Assembly: GCA_018713365.1 (NCBI GenBank) | Contig: DVOU01000025.1 | Coordinates: 34,309 to 98,308 of the forward strand | Reading direction: 5' to 3' | Length of the DNA stretch: 64,000 nt | Source of the DNA: Candidatus Pullichristensenella excrementipullorum | Lineage (GTDB): Bacteria; Bacillota; Clostridia; Christensenellales; Aristaeellaceae | Shown: piece by piece, positions 14,530 through 22,658 of the stretch | Layout: each line of letters starts with the position of its first letter | Position numbering within the stretch: the stretch's first letter is position 1 | Notes under the pieces: generated by a model | The model's input: the letters and a program-made list of their open reading frames with translations, nothing else | What the model was told of the DNA's origin: nothing | The model's database searches: none | Position numbers and translations under genes: made by a program

Positions 14530-15867
14530 TCAGTTCACGTACTCCATGACGGTGGTGTTCTCGCCGATCTCGCGGTCTTCCATGTAGGCAATCTGCATAT
14601 AGCTGAGGTCTTCGGCGACGCTGACGGTGCCCTCGGCCTCAGCCAGCACGGTGACGGACTGCTTCTGTGTGACCAGGCTGTTGACGCCGAAGGCGCTCTG
14701 CGTCTGCTGGACGGTATAGACGTAGCGGTCATCGCCCGCGCCGCGCACGGCGCTGGAGGGGAGCAGCGTGGTGTTGTCGTTTGAGCGGTAGCTGACGCGC
14801 ACGGGGATGTCCTCCGCCAGCATGGCGATGGAGCCGCCCAGATCGCGGATCATGCGGCTGGAGAGTTCGACATCGGCGTAGGTATCGCCGGAAACGGTGA
14901 CGCCGGTGGAATCGACGCTGCCCTCCGAGGTGCCGCCGCGGGCGCTGTCAAAGGTGATGTCCGTGCCGCGGGAGATGGTCAGCGTGGTCTTGCTGGTGTC
15001 GATGCGCAAAACCGGATCCTCCTTCTCCGGGCTGAAGGAGTAGGCGGGACCGGAGGCGTCGAAGGTCTCGCCGGCTTTGACGTTGACCTCGGTGATGTAG
15101 CCATCGTCCGGGGCGGTGACGGTTTGCAGCGTGGAGCGCAGGGCGCGCAGATCGACCATCTGCCCTTCAAAGTCCTTCATCTGCTGTTCGTACTTCTGCT
15201 TATCGACGATGTAGGCGCGCGCCGTTTCGGAGATGTTGTAGCGCTCGGCGGTCTCCATGGCGGCCTCGGCTTCTTTGAGCGCCTGCGCGGCGGCCTCGTG
15301 CGCCGCCCACGCCTCGGTCAGTTCCTCGCTGGCGCCCTCGGGCAGCGTTCCGTTTTCTGCCTTCAGACCCTCGACGGCGAGCAGCGCGTCGCGGGTGACG
15401 CGCGCGTCGAGTTCGGCGTTCTGCGCCTCGGCAAGCGCCGTGTACGCCTCGGCCCAAGCCTCGTCCGTGGGACGCAGGCGTAGGTTGGCGTTCTTGCGCT
15501 CGAGGTCGGCAAGCTGGCCGGCGGCCTCGTTGTAGCTCTGGCGCAGCGTGTCCATGTTCTTTTCATAGTCGGCGATCTCGGCGGTGAAGAGCGTGTCGCC
15601 CTTCTCCACCTCACTGCCGGGCTGCACCTTCACGGATGTGACGGTCAAGGAGACGCCCTGCGCGTTTTCCAGTTTCACCGGCTCGGCGGCGGGAAAGACC
15701 ACCTTGCCGGTCAGTTCCACTTGCTCGGAGAACTTTCCCTGCCGGGGCGTGAGGAGCTTGACCTTGGCGGTGGTGATGGTGCGGATGGTGCCGGAAAAGA
15801 ACATGCACAGCGCCACCACCACCGCGAAGACGATCAGGCCACGAATGGCGTATTTTTTCAGTTTCAT
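14530..15867 (-). CDS. HlyD-family membrane-fusion/adaptor protein (with coiled coil)
   Basis: 445 aa. It has a TM anchor and a lipoyl-like segment (VQPGSEVEKGDTLFTAE). A long Ala/Glu-rich coiled coil follows, then VTAPDDGYITEVNVKAGETF and beta-barrel-like segments. It lies 1 nt from the downstream permease. Confidence 0.6.
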   Translation of the reverse strand: MKLKKYAIRGLIVFAVVVALCMFFSGTIRTITTAKVKLLTPRQGKFSEQVELTGKVVFPAAEPVKLENAQGVSLTVTSVKVQPGSEVEKGDTLFTAEIADYEKNMDTLRQSYNEAAGQLADLERKNANLRLRPTDEAWAEAYTALAEAQNAELDARVTRDALLAVEGLKAENGTLPEGASEELTEAWAAHEAAAQALKEAEAAMETAERYNISETARAYIVDKQKYEQQMKDFEGQMVDLRALRSTLQTVTAPDDGYITEVNVKAGETFDASGPAYSFSPEKEDPVLRIDTSKTTLTISRGTDITFDSARGGTSEGSVDSTGVTVSGDTYADVELSSRMIRDLGGSIAMLAEDIPVRVSYRSNDNTTLLPSSAVRGAGDDRYVYTVQQTQSAFGVNSLVTQKQSVTVLAEAEGTVSVAEDLSYMQIAYMEDREIGENTTVMEYVN

Positions 15868-15879
15868 GCGTCCGTCCCC

Positions 15880-16737
15880 CTATTTGAGTTCCGTGAGCTG
15901 TATGCCGGAGAGTATATCCTTCTGGAAATAGAGATAGATCAGCAGCGCCGGAAGGATGTAGAGCGCCGCGCCGGCAAATTCCACGCCGGAGGGGTTTTCC
16001 GTGAGCTGGTTGAACATCACCGAAAGGGGCATGAGCTGCGTCTGCCCGGCAAGATAGGTCAGCGGCTGTTCCACCAGATTCCAGCAATCGGCAAACGACA
16101 GCGCCACCGCCGCGCCGAGGATGGGGCGGCAGACCGGCAGCGCCACGTGGATGAAGCAGCGGAACGTGCCCGCGCCGTCCACCTCCGCCGCCTCGAGCAG
16201 TTCCCGGGGCAGACCCACCATGAACTGGCGCACGAGGAAGATATAAAAGGGCGCAAAGCAGGTGGGCAGGATGACCGCCCAGGCGGTGTTGAGAAGCCCC
16301 ATGGCCCGCAGCGTGAGTACATTGGGCACCATCGTCACCTGAAAGGGCAAAAGCATCAGCATGATGACGATGAAGAAGATGGCGTCCCGTCCGCGGAACT
16401 TAAAGCGGCTGAGGGCGTAGGCCATGGCGGGGATGACGAGCGCCTGCCCCAGAAGGATGGCCACGGTGTACATGGCCGAGTTGCACAGAAGGCGCAGCAC
16501 CGACACGTCTTCAATGAGGATGTTGTAGTACTGGCTCAAGGAAAACACGCGCGGGGCCAGTTTGATCTCCATCCACACGGAGGCGTCGTAGTTGCCGCGC
16601 GTTTCCATGAACGCCTTGATCTCCTCCGGGGAGAAGAACGAGTAGAGCGCCGTCAGGACGACCGGCAGGAGGATGATGAGCGCCACAAGCGTCAAAAGGG
16701 CGCGGGAAATGACGTGTTTTTTTCGCAGTGTCCGCAT
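15880..16737 (-). CDS. carbohydrate (CUT1-type) ABC transporter permease, MalG-like
   Basis: 285 aa with six predicted TM helices. An EAA-type loop (ELLEAAEVDGAGTFRCFIHVALP) is typical of binding-protein-dependent importer permeases. Confidence 0.8.
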   Translation of the reverse strand: MRTLRKKHVISRALLTLVALIILLPVVLTALYSFFSPEEIKAFMETRGNYDASVWMEIKLAPRVFSLSQYYNILIEDVSVLRLLCNSAMYTVAILLGQALVIPAMAYALSRFKFRGRDAIFFIVIMLMLLPFQVTMVPNVLTLRAMGLLNTAWAVILPTCFAPFYIFLVRQFMVGLPRELLEAAEVDGAGTFRCFIHVALPVCRPILGAAVALSFADCWNLVEQPLTYLAGQTQLMPLSVMFNQLTENPSGVEFAGAALYILPALLIYLYFQKDILSGIQLTELK

Positions 16738-16746
16738 CGCGCCCTC

Positions 16747-17601
16747 CTAATTGAGCCTGTCCTGCAGCCGCTTCTGCATGAAGAACAGCGCGCCGAAGAT
16801 GATAAAGACGATGATGGCGAAGCTGTAGGCTGCGGTGGTGACGTTCTGGTAGTTGAGCTTGCCGAACATATTGTTCATGTAGTTTTGCAGCGTGTAGACG
16901 GCCTCGTCCGGGTAGGCGCCGCCGATGAAATAGACCTCCTTGAAGATCTTGAAGGCGTTGATCCACGACAGCACGAATACGAGAAAGGCGCTGGGCACCA
17001 CCATGGGCAGCGTGATGGAGAACGCCTGGCGGAAAAAGCCCGCGCCCTCCAAACGGGCATATTCATACAAGGGCTCGGGGATGGATTGCAGCGCCGCCAG
17101 AAAGATGACCACGGCAAAGCCGAGGTTTTTCCACACGAACATGAGGATGACCGGCACGCGCAGCGCTGCCCCCTCCAGCCAGGAAACGCGCATAAAGCCC
17201 AGCGACGTGACCAGGCGGTTGATGACGCCGCCATAATCGAACAGCACCAGCCAGATCAGCAGCATCGCCGAGGAGGGCATCAGATAGGGCATGAGGATGC
17301 TGTTGCGGAAGAACGACCCGCCGGGTTTGAGGCGGTTCAAAAGCACGGCGACGATGAAGGAGAGCGCCCACACCAGCGGCGTGCAAATGAGCGACAGTTC
17401 CAAGGTGTTTTTCAGCCCCAGCAGGAACATCTCGTTTTTCCAGATGTTTATGTAATTTTGCAGGCCGACAAAGGCGTTTTTGTAGCTGCCGTCGGTGAGG
17501 CTGTAATAGATGCCGCCGATGAACGGCACGATGTAGAACAGCGTCAGGCCGATGAGGCCCGGCAGCAGGTAGAAAAGCGCCGAGCGCTTGCGGGTAAACA
17601 C
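16747..17601 (-). CDS. carbohydrate (CUT1-type) ABC transporter permease, MalF-like
   Basis: 284 aa. The N-terminus is ALFYLLPGLIGLTLFYIVPFIGGIYYSLTD and the EAA loop is EPLYEYARLEGAGFFRQAFSITLP. Confidence 0.8.
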   Translation of the reverse strand: MFTRKRSALFYLLPGLIGLTLFYIVPFIGGIYYSLTDGSYKNAFVGLQNYINIWKNEMFLLGLKNTLELSLICTPLVWALSFIVAVLLNRLKPGGSFFRNSILMPYLMPSSAMLLIWLVLFDYGGVINRLVTSLGFMRVSWLEGAALRVPVILMFVWKNLGFAVVIFLAALQSIPEPLYEYARLEGAGFFRQAFSITLPMVVPSAFLVFVLSWINAFKIFKEVYFIGGAYPDEAVYTLQNYMNNMFGKLNYQNVTTAAYSFAIIVFIIFGALFFMQKRLQDRLN

Positions 17602-17646
17602 GTTTCTTCCTCCCCCGCGCGGCGGATGCGCGCGTTTCGTATTTTG

Positions 17647-19971
17647 CTACATGCCCTCGAGCATCATCATCTGCAATTTGCCGTCCACGCCCTCAATGAA
17701 CTCGTCGGCGGTGATGAGGCCCTGCGTGAACTGGTTCTGCAATTCGTAGAAGGCGGAGGCGTTATCGCCGCCCATGCCGAGGTTGCGGATGACGATGATC
17801 TGCGGGGCGAAGGCGCGGTAGCGCGCGATGCTCTCCTCGCTGGCCTGCCAGGCGCCGTAACGGAGAAAGTCCGCGCGCACCTTTTCGTATTCGGCGAGGA
17901 TGGCCGCGTAGGCCTGTTTTTCCGCCTCGGTCTCCGCCGCGTCGAGCTGGGCCTGCGCGTCGGCGATCATCTGGTCGTAGGCGGCGAGCATGGTATCGTA
18001 ACTGGGGTTTTTCACCGGCTCGTTTTCCTCCGGGCAGAGCTGGATCTTCAGAAGCGGCTCCATCTCGCGCGCGACGGCCTCCAAAAAGGCGACGGCCTCC
18101 TCGCGATGCTGGGAGAAGGGGTTGACGAAGGCGACGGTCATCTGCGCGGAGAGCTGGCGGCTTCCATCAAAGCCCAGCGGCAGCGGCTGGAACGAGCCCT
18201 GCACGGCGTAGGTTTCGGCGGTGGGGTTGCCGTAGCTGGAAAAGAGGGCGTCGTGCGTGCTTTCGCCGCTGCTGGATGTCCAGCTGTATCCATTCATATC
18301 CTCGGGTTCGGCGAGGCCAAGCGCCGTCCAATCGACCGCTTCGCAGGCGTTGAGCGCGCCGCGGAAGGCCACGGTATCGAACGCCAGTTCGCTTCCGGGC
18401 TGGGAGATGTAGGCCATGTAGCTGGCGATCATCGTATCCAGCAGCATGTAGCGGGCGCTGCCGTAGTCCTCAAAGCCGTCAAAGAGGGTCATGCCCTCGA
18501 CCTCGGCCACCTTCGCCGCCAGCGGCTCGAGGCTTTCAAAGAACGCCTGCCAGGTGGTGGGCACGTCTTCCTCGGTGAGGCCAAGGCGGGCAAAGGCCTC
18601 GGGGTCGTAGCCCATGCTGTCCACGTAAAACTCCACGGGCACGCCCAGGAGTTCGCCATCCTTCACGCAGGCCTCGCGCGCGAAGGGATAGAGGCTGTCT
18701 ATGAAGGCGGACAGTTCCTCGCTCTCTGTCAATTCCGCCATGTAGCCGCGCGAATAGACGGCCTCGTATTCGGCGGAATCGACGCTCAGGCAGTAGATGT
18801 CCACATCCGAGGAGCGGTTCATCATCGCCTGCACCACGTCCTCCACCTGCTCCACCATGACCACGTCCACATCGCCATATTCGGCGGAGAAGGCGTAGTA
18901 GGCGTTGTTGATGGAAGGATTGTAGTTTCTCTGCACGGTGAGGCGGACGTCGGAGCGCAGGGCGGGGTCGGTGTTGCGGCGCACGACGGCCTCGTAGCTG
19001 CCAGTGATGTAATAGCCCTCCGATGTGAGGATGGGGCGCACGTCGTAGGAGGCCTCCACGGGCAGGGAGGCCACGCTCTCGAGCCGCTCCGCGTCCATGC
19101 CGGGCAGGGCCCAGAGTTCGCCGTTCATGGCAAAGTAGAGGGTGTCGTTGTCCGCGCGGTAGACGAGGCCGTCCGGATAGCCCCGGCCCGTGAGCGGCAC
19201 TTCGGCGAGAAGCTCCGCTTCCTCCGCCTCGGGATCGGTCCTGTACAAATTGGCGATGTTGCCATCCTGTGTGTACTGGACGGACAGGGCCAGAAGCAGG
19301 CCGTCCTTGTAGGCGCATATCTCTTCGACGTAGGCGCCCAGACCGAGGTCGGTGGGATAGTAAATCTCGGTATCGCCATCGGTAAGGTCGGTTGTGACGA
19401 TGATGTTGTTGCCGCTCTCATCATAGCTGGTGAAGCAGAGCAGGTCACCCGCGACGAAGGGGCGGTCGCACTGGGCGTAATATTCGTAGTCCGTGCCCTG
19501 GATGATGTCAAACCAGTCAAGTTCGGTGATCTCCTCGCCCACGGAGGCGTTGCCCTCTGCGTCAAATTCCAGCTCGCAGAGCCACGCGCCCTCGCAGGTG
19601 CGGAAGTATTCGGCGTCCTCGCCCTCTCCCTCCGTCTCCTCAAGCATCTCGGTGAGGACGACGCAGGGCCTGCCTTCATAAGCGATGTAGGCGGCGATGT
19701 CGGGATAGAGGGTGGTCTCTTCATCCTCCATCTCCGGCTGCGGGGTCTGGAAGGCGCGGCGCTCGGGGGTATCCGCGCCGGGGGCGAGGGTGTAGACCTC
19801 GTCGTGATAGGTGAACATGTACACCGTGCCATCCGCCTCCACGAGGCCGCGCAGATCCACGCCGCACTGCGCGTCCGCACGCAGAAGGAGGGCGTCGCCG
19901 GGGGCGGCGAGGGCCGTCATGGGCAGCGTCAAAAGCGACAGCGCCGCGAGCAGAGAGAGAAACTTTTTCAT
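17647..19971 (-). CDS. secreted fusion protein: ~330 aa beta-rich N-domain plus family-1-like ABC solute-binding domain (paralog C)
   Basis: 774 aa from the ATG at 19971 (RBS AAAGGAG). The signal peptide is MKKFLSLLAALSLLTLPMTALA/APGDA. The C-terminal ~440 aa look like an extracellular solute-binding protein (..DVDIYCLSVDSAEYEAVYSRGYMAEL..LLGVPVE..TWQAFFESL..). Confidence 0.65.
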   Translation of the reverse strand: MKKFLSLLAALSLLTLPMTALAAPGDALLLRADAQCGVDLRGLVEADGTVYMFTYHDEVYTLAPGADTPERRAFQTPQPEMEDEETTLYPDIAAYIAYEGRPCVVLTEMLEETEGEGEDAEYFRTCEGAWLCELEFDAEGNASVGEEITELDWFDIIQGTDYEYYAQCDRPFVAGDLLCFTSYDESGNNIIVTTDLTDGDTEIYYPTDLGLGAYVEEICAYKDGLLLALSVQYTQDGNIANLYRTDPEAEEAELLAEVPLTGRGYPDGLVYRADNDTLYFAMNGELWALPGMDAERLESVASLPVEASYDVRPILTSEGYYITGSYEAVVRRNTDPALRSDVRLTVQRNYNPSINNAYYAFSAEYGDVDVVMVEQVEDVVQAMMNRSSDVDIYCLSVDSAEYEAVYSRGYMAELTESEELSAFIDSLYPFAREACVKDGELLGVPVEFYVDSMGYDPEAFARLGLTEEDVPTTWQAFFESLEPLAAKVAEVEGMTLFDGFEDYGSARYMLLDTMIASYMAYISQPGSELAFDTVAFRGALNACEAVDWTALGLAEPEDMNGYSWTSSSGESTHDALFSSYGNPTAETYAVQGSFQPLPLGFDGSRQLSAQMTVAFVNPFSQHREEAVAFLEAVAREMEPLLKIQLCPEENEPVKNPSYDTMLAAYDQMIADAQAQLDAAETEAEKQAYAAILAEYEKVRADFLRYGAWQASEESIARYRAFAPQIIVIRNLGMGGDNASAFYELQNQFTQGLITADEFIEGVDGKLQMMMLEGM

Positions 19972-20013
19972 TGTTCGCTCCTTTCTGCGGCCCATGGGCC
20001 GCCCCGGGATGAT

Positions 20014-20160
20014 TCAATATCCTTCCTGCGCCATCATCTGCAACGAGCTTTCCAGTCCGGCGACGAAGGCGTCGGCGGTGAGCGCGCCAGAGGGTTTCGC
20101 GGGCGATGCGGGGCGGAGACGGCGGCGGAGGCCGCGCTCATGCTCATTTCGCCGTCGCCG
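20014..20160 (-). pseudogene. decayed 3' fragment of a fourth SBP-fusion paralog
   Basis: The minus strand translates to ..GDGEMSMSAASAAVSA, then a frameshift, then AKPSGALTADAFVAGLESSLQMMAQEGY*. This aligns with the C-termini of the three intact paralogs (e.g. ..SGESDMAAYEAAQQFKAGALSADGFIRQLDRMLSMQ.. and ..ITADEFIEGVDGKLQMMMLEGM*). Confidence 0.6.
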
Positions 20161-20265
20161 GGCGTTTCTCCTGCCGTTTCGCCGTTTCAGGACACGCGCC
20201 TGTCAGGGGGCTTCAAAGGCCGCGCGGCCGCGATGAAGCTGCGCCGCGTCCCCGTCGGTCGTTTG

Positions 20266-22617
20266 TTACATTCCTTCTTTCATCATCATTTGCAGTTTGC
20301 CATCCACGCCGCGGATGAACTCGTCGGCGGAGATCATGCCGTCCGTGTACTGCTGCTGAAGCTCGTAGAACGCCTCGCTGTTCTCGCCGCCCATGCCGAT
20401 GTTGCGCTTGACGCGGACGCTGGGCGCGTATTCGCGGTAGATGGCGATGCTCTCCTCGCTGGCGGTCCAGGCATCGTATTTGAGGTAATCCTCGCGGTAC
20501 TGCTTGTATTCTTCAACGAGTTCCTCGTAAGCCTGCCGCTCTTCCTCCGTTTCGGCCTTGGCGAGCTGTTCCTCAGCGTCGGCGACGCTCTGGTCAAAGC
20601 CCTTCAGGTTATCCTCGTACCACGGGCTGCGCACCGGCTCGTTCTCGTCCGGGCAGAGGTGGATGCGGGTGAGGGCGTCCAGCTCTTCGGTCACCGTTTC
20701 AAGGAAATCAATGGCCGTGTCGCGGTGCGCAGAGAAGGGGTTGACGAAGGCGACGTAGAGCGTGGCGGAGATGTGCGGCTGCTCGCCCTCGGCGAAGCTG
20801 AGCAGCAGCGGCCTGAAAGCGGCGCGCGCAGTGTAGCCATCCGCCGAGACGTTGGTATAGGGGGAATAGAGGGTGTTGTGTTCCGTCCGGCCGCCGATCT
20901 CGATGACGCTGACGCCGCCGCTGAGGCCGTCGTCCACGTCCGGCGCGGGAAGGCCCAAATTCGACCAGTCCACGGCCTCATAGGCGGCCAGCGCGGCGCG
21001 GAAGGCCTCGGTATCGAAGGCGAACTCGTTCTCCGGCAGAGAGATGTAGTCCATGTAGTCGGCGATCATGGCGCTCAAAAAGGTCATGCGGGCGGTCTCG
21101 TAATCCGAAAAACCTTCAAAGAGCGTCATGCCCGGTTCTTCGGCGATCTTGGCCGCCAGGGAGCCGAGGCTTCCAAAGAACTCCGCCCATGTTTTCGGCA
21201 CGTCTTCCTCGGTAAGGCCGAGGCGGGCGAAGGCCTCCGGGTCGTAGCCGCGGCCGTCCATGAAGAGCGTCACCGGCACGGCGACGATCTCGCCATCCTT
21301 TTCGCAGACCTCGCGCGCGAAGGGATAGCAATTTTCAAGGAACGCGGAGATGGCTTCGCTTTCCGTCAGCTCGGCCATGTAGCCGCGCGAATAGACGGCG
21401 TCGAACTCCGCGGAATCGACGTTCACGCAGTAGACGTCCACGTCCGTCGAGCGGTTCATCATCGCCTGCACCACGTCTTCCGTGCGCTGGAGCATGACCA
21501 CTTCCACATCGCCGCGGGTCTCGCCAAAGGCGTAGTAGGCCTCGGTGATGGCGCTGCCGACCGTGTCCTGCACGGTGATGCGCGTCTGGGCGCGCTGCGC
21601 AGGGTCGGTGTTGCGGCGGACGAGCGCCGCGTAGTCGGCGGCGATGTAAAAGCCGTCCTCGGTGACGATGGGCGCGGTGGAACCTATATAGCTGACGGGG
21701 ATCTCGGCCACGCGCTGGAGGGCAGAGGCGTCCATGCCGGTCATGGCGCAGATCTCGCCATCCATGATGCAGTAAACGGTGTCGGTGTCGGCGCGGTAGG
21801 CAAGGCCGGTGGCGGAGGCGTTTTCGCCCGTGGCCAGCGTGAGAAGCTCGGTCGCCTCCTCGTTTTCCACGTCGATGGCATAGAGTTTGACGGCGCTTTC
21901 GTCCTCGCCCCACTCGGTTTCCAGCACCAGAAGCTGGCCATCCTTGTAGGCGCAGAAGGAATCGAGGGAGATCTCCGCGCCGAGGTCGGCGGGATAGTAC
22001 ACGTCCGTATCGCCGTCGGTAAGGTCCGTGGCGACGAGCACGCGCTCGTAGCTTTCGTCATAGCTGGCGAAGTAGAGCGTATCGCCCACGACGGTGGGCC
22101 GGTCGCACTGGGCGAGGTATTCGGAATCGCCGCCGCCCTGCACCAGATCGGACCAGTCCAGCTCCGTAAGCTCTTCGCCCACGGCGGCCTTGCCGTCTTC
22201 CAGCGTCAGTTCGCAGAGCCAGACGCCCTCGACGGTGCTGAAGCTCATGCGTTCTTCGCCCACGCCCTCGTATTCCGTCTCCATCCCGGCAACGATGACG
22301 CAGGGACGGCCTTCGTAGGCGATGAGCGCGGAAACGCTGCGGCTGACGGCGGTATCTTCATCGTCGTCCCCATCGTCCACGGTGCTGCTGAGGGGAAAAT
22401 CGTAGTGGGTGGGCTTGGTTTCGCCGCTGGCGAAGACATAGAGGCCGTCGTAGGTGAGCGCGTAGAGGTCGCCGTCCACCTCCGCCAAGCCGCAGACGTT
22501 GCTGTTGTAGCCATCCTCGCCCTGGCGGAGCAATACGGCGTCGCCGGGCGCGGCGAGGGCGCTGACGGGCAGAAGGATGACAGTGAGCATGAGGATAAGG
22601 GAAAGAAGTTTTTTCAT
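20266..22617 (-). CDS. secreted fusion protein: beta-rich N-domain plus solute-binding domain (paralog B)
   Basis: 783 aa from the ATG at 22617 (RBS AGGAGAA). The signal peptide is MKKLLSLILMLTVILLPVSALA/APGDA. It is collinear with paralog C over its full length, with high similarity by eye. Confidence 0.65.
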   Translation of the reverse strand: MKKLLSLILMLTVILLPVSALAAPGDAVLLRQGEDGYNSNVCGLAEVDGDLYALTYDGLYVFASGETKPTHYDFPLSSTVDDGDDDEDTAVSRSVSALIAYEGRPCVIVAGMETEYEGVGEERMSFSTVEGVWLCELTLEDGKAAVGEELTELDWSDLVQGGGDSEYLAQCDRPTVVGDTLYFASYDESYERVLVATDLTDGDTDVYYPADLGAEISLDSFCAYKDGQLLVLETEWGEDESAVKLYAIDVENEEATELLTLATGENASATGLAYRADTDTVYCIMDGEICAMTGMDASALQRVAEIPVSYIGSTAPIVTEDGFYIAADYAALVRRNTDPAQRAQTRITVQDTVGSAITEAYYAFGETRGDVEVVMLQRTEDVVQAMMNRSTDVDVYCVNVDSAEFDAVYSRGYMAELTESEAISAFLENCYPFAREVCEKDGEIVAVPVTLFMDGRGYDPEAFARLGLTEEDVPKTWAEFFGSLGSLAAKIAEEPGMTLFEGFSDYETARMTFLSAMIADYMDYISLPENEFAFDTEAFRAALAAYEAVDWSNLGLPAPDVDDGLSGGVSVIEIGGRTEHNTLYSPYTNVSADGYTARAAFRPLLLSFAEGEQPHISATLYVAFVNPFSAHRDTAIDFLETVTEELDALTRIHLCPDENEPVRSPWYEDNLKGFDQSVADAEEQLAKAETEEERQAYEELVEEYKQYREDYLKYDAWTASEESIAIYREYAPSVRVKRNIGMGGENSEAFYELQQQYTDGMISADEFIRGVDGKLQMMMKEGM

Positions 22618-22658
22618 CGTTCTGTTCTCCTGCATAGCATAAATATTTGTGGGCGCGG

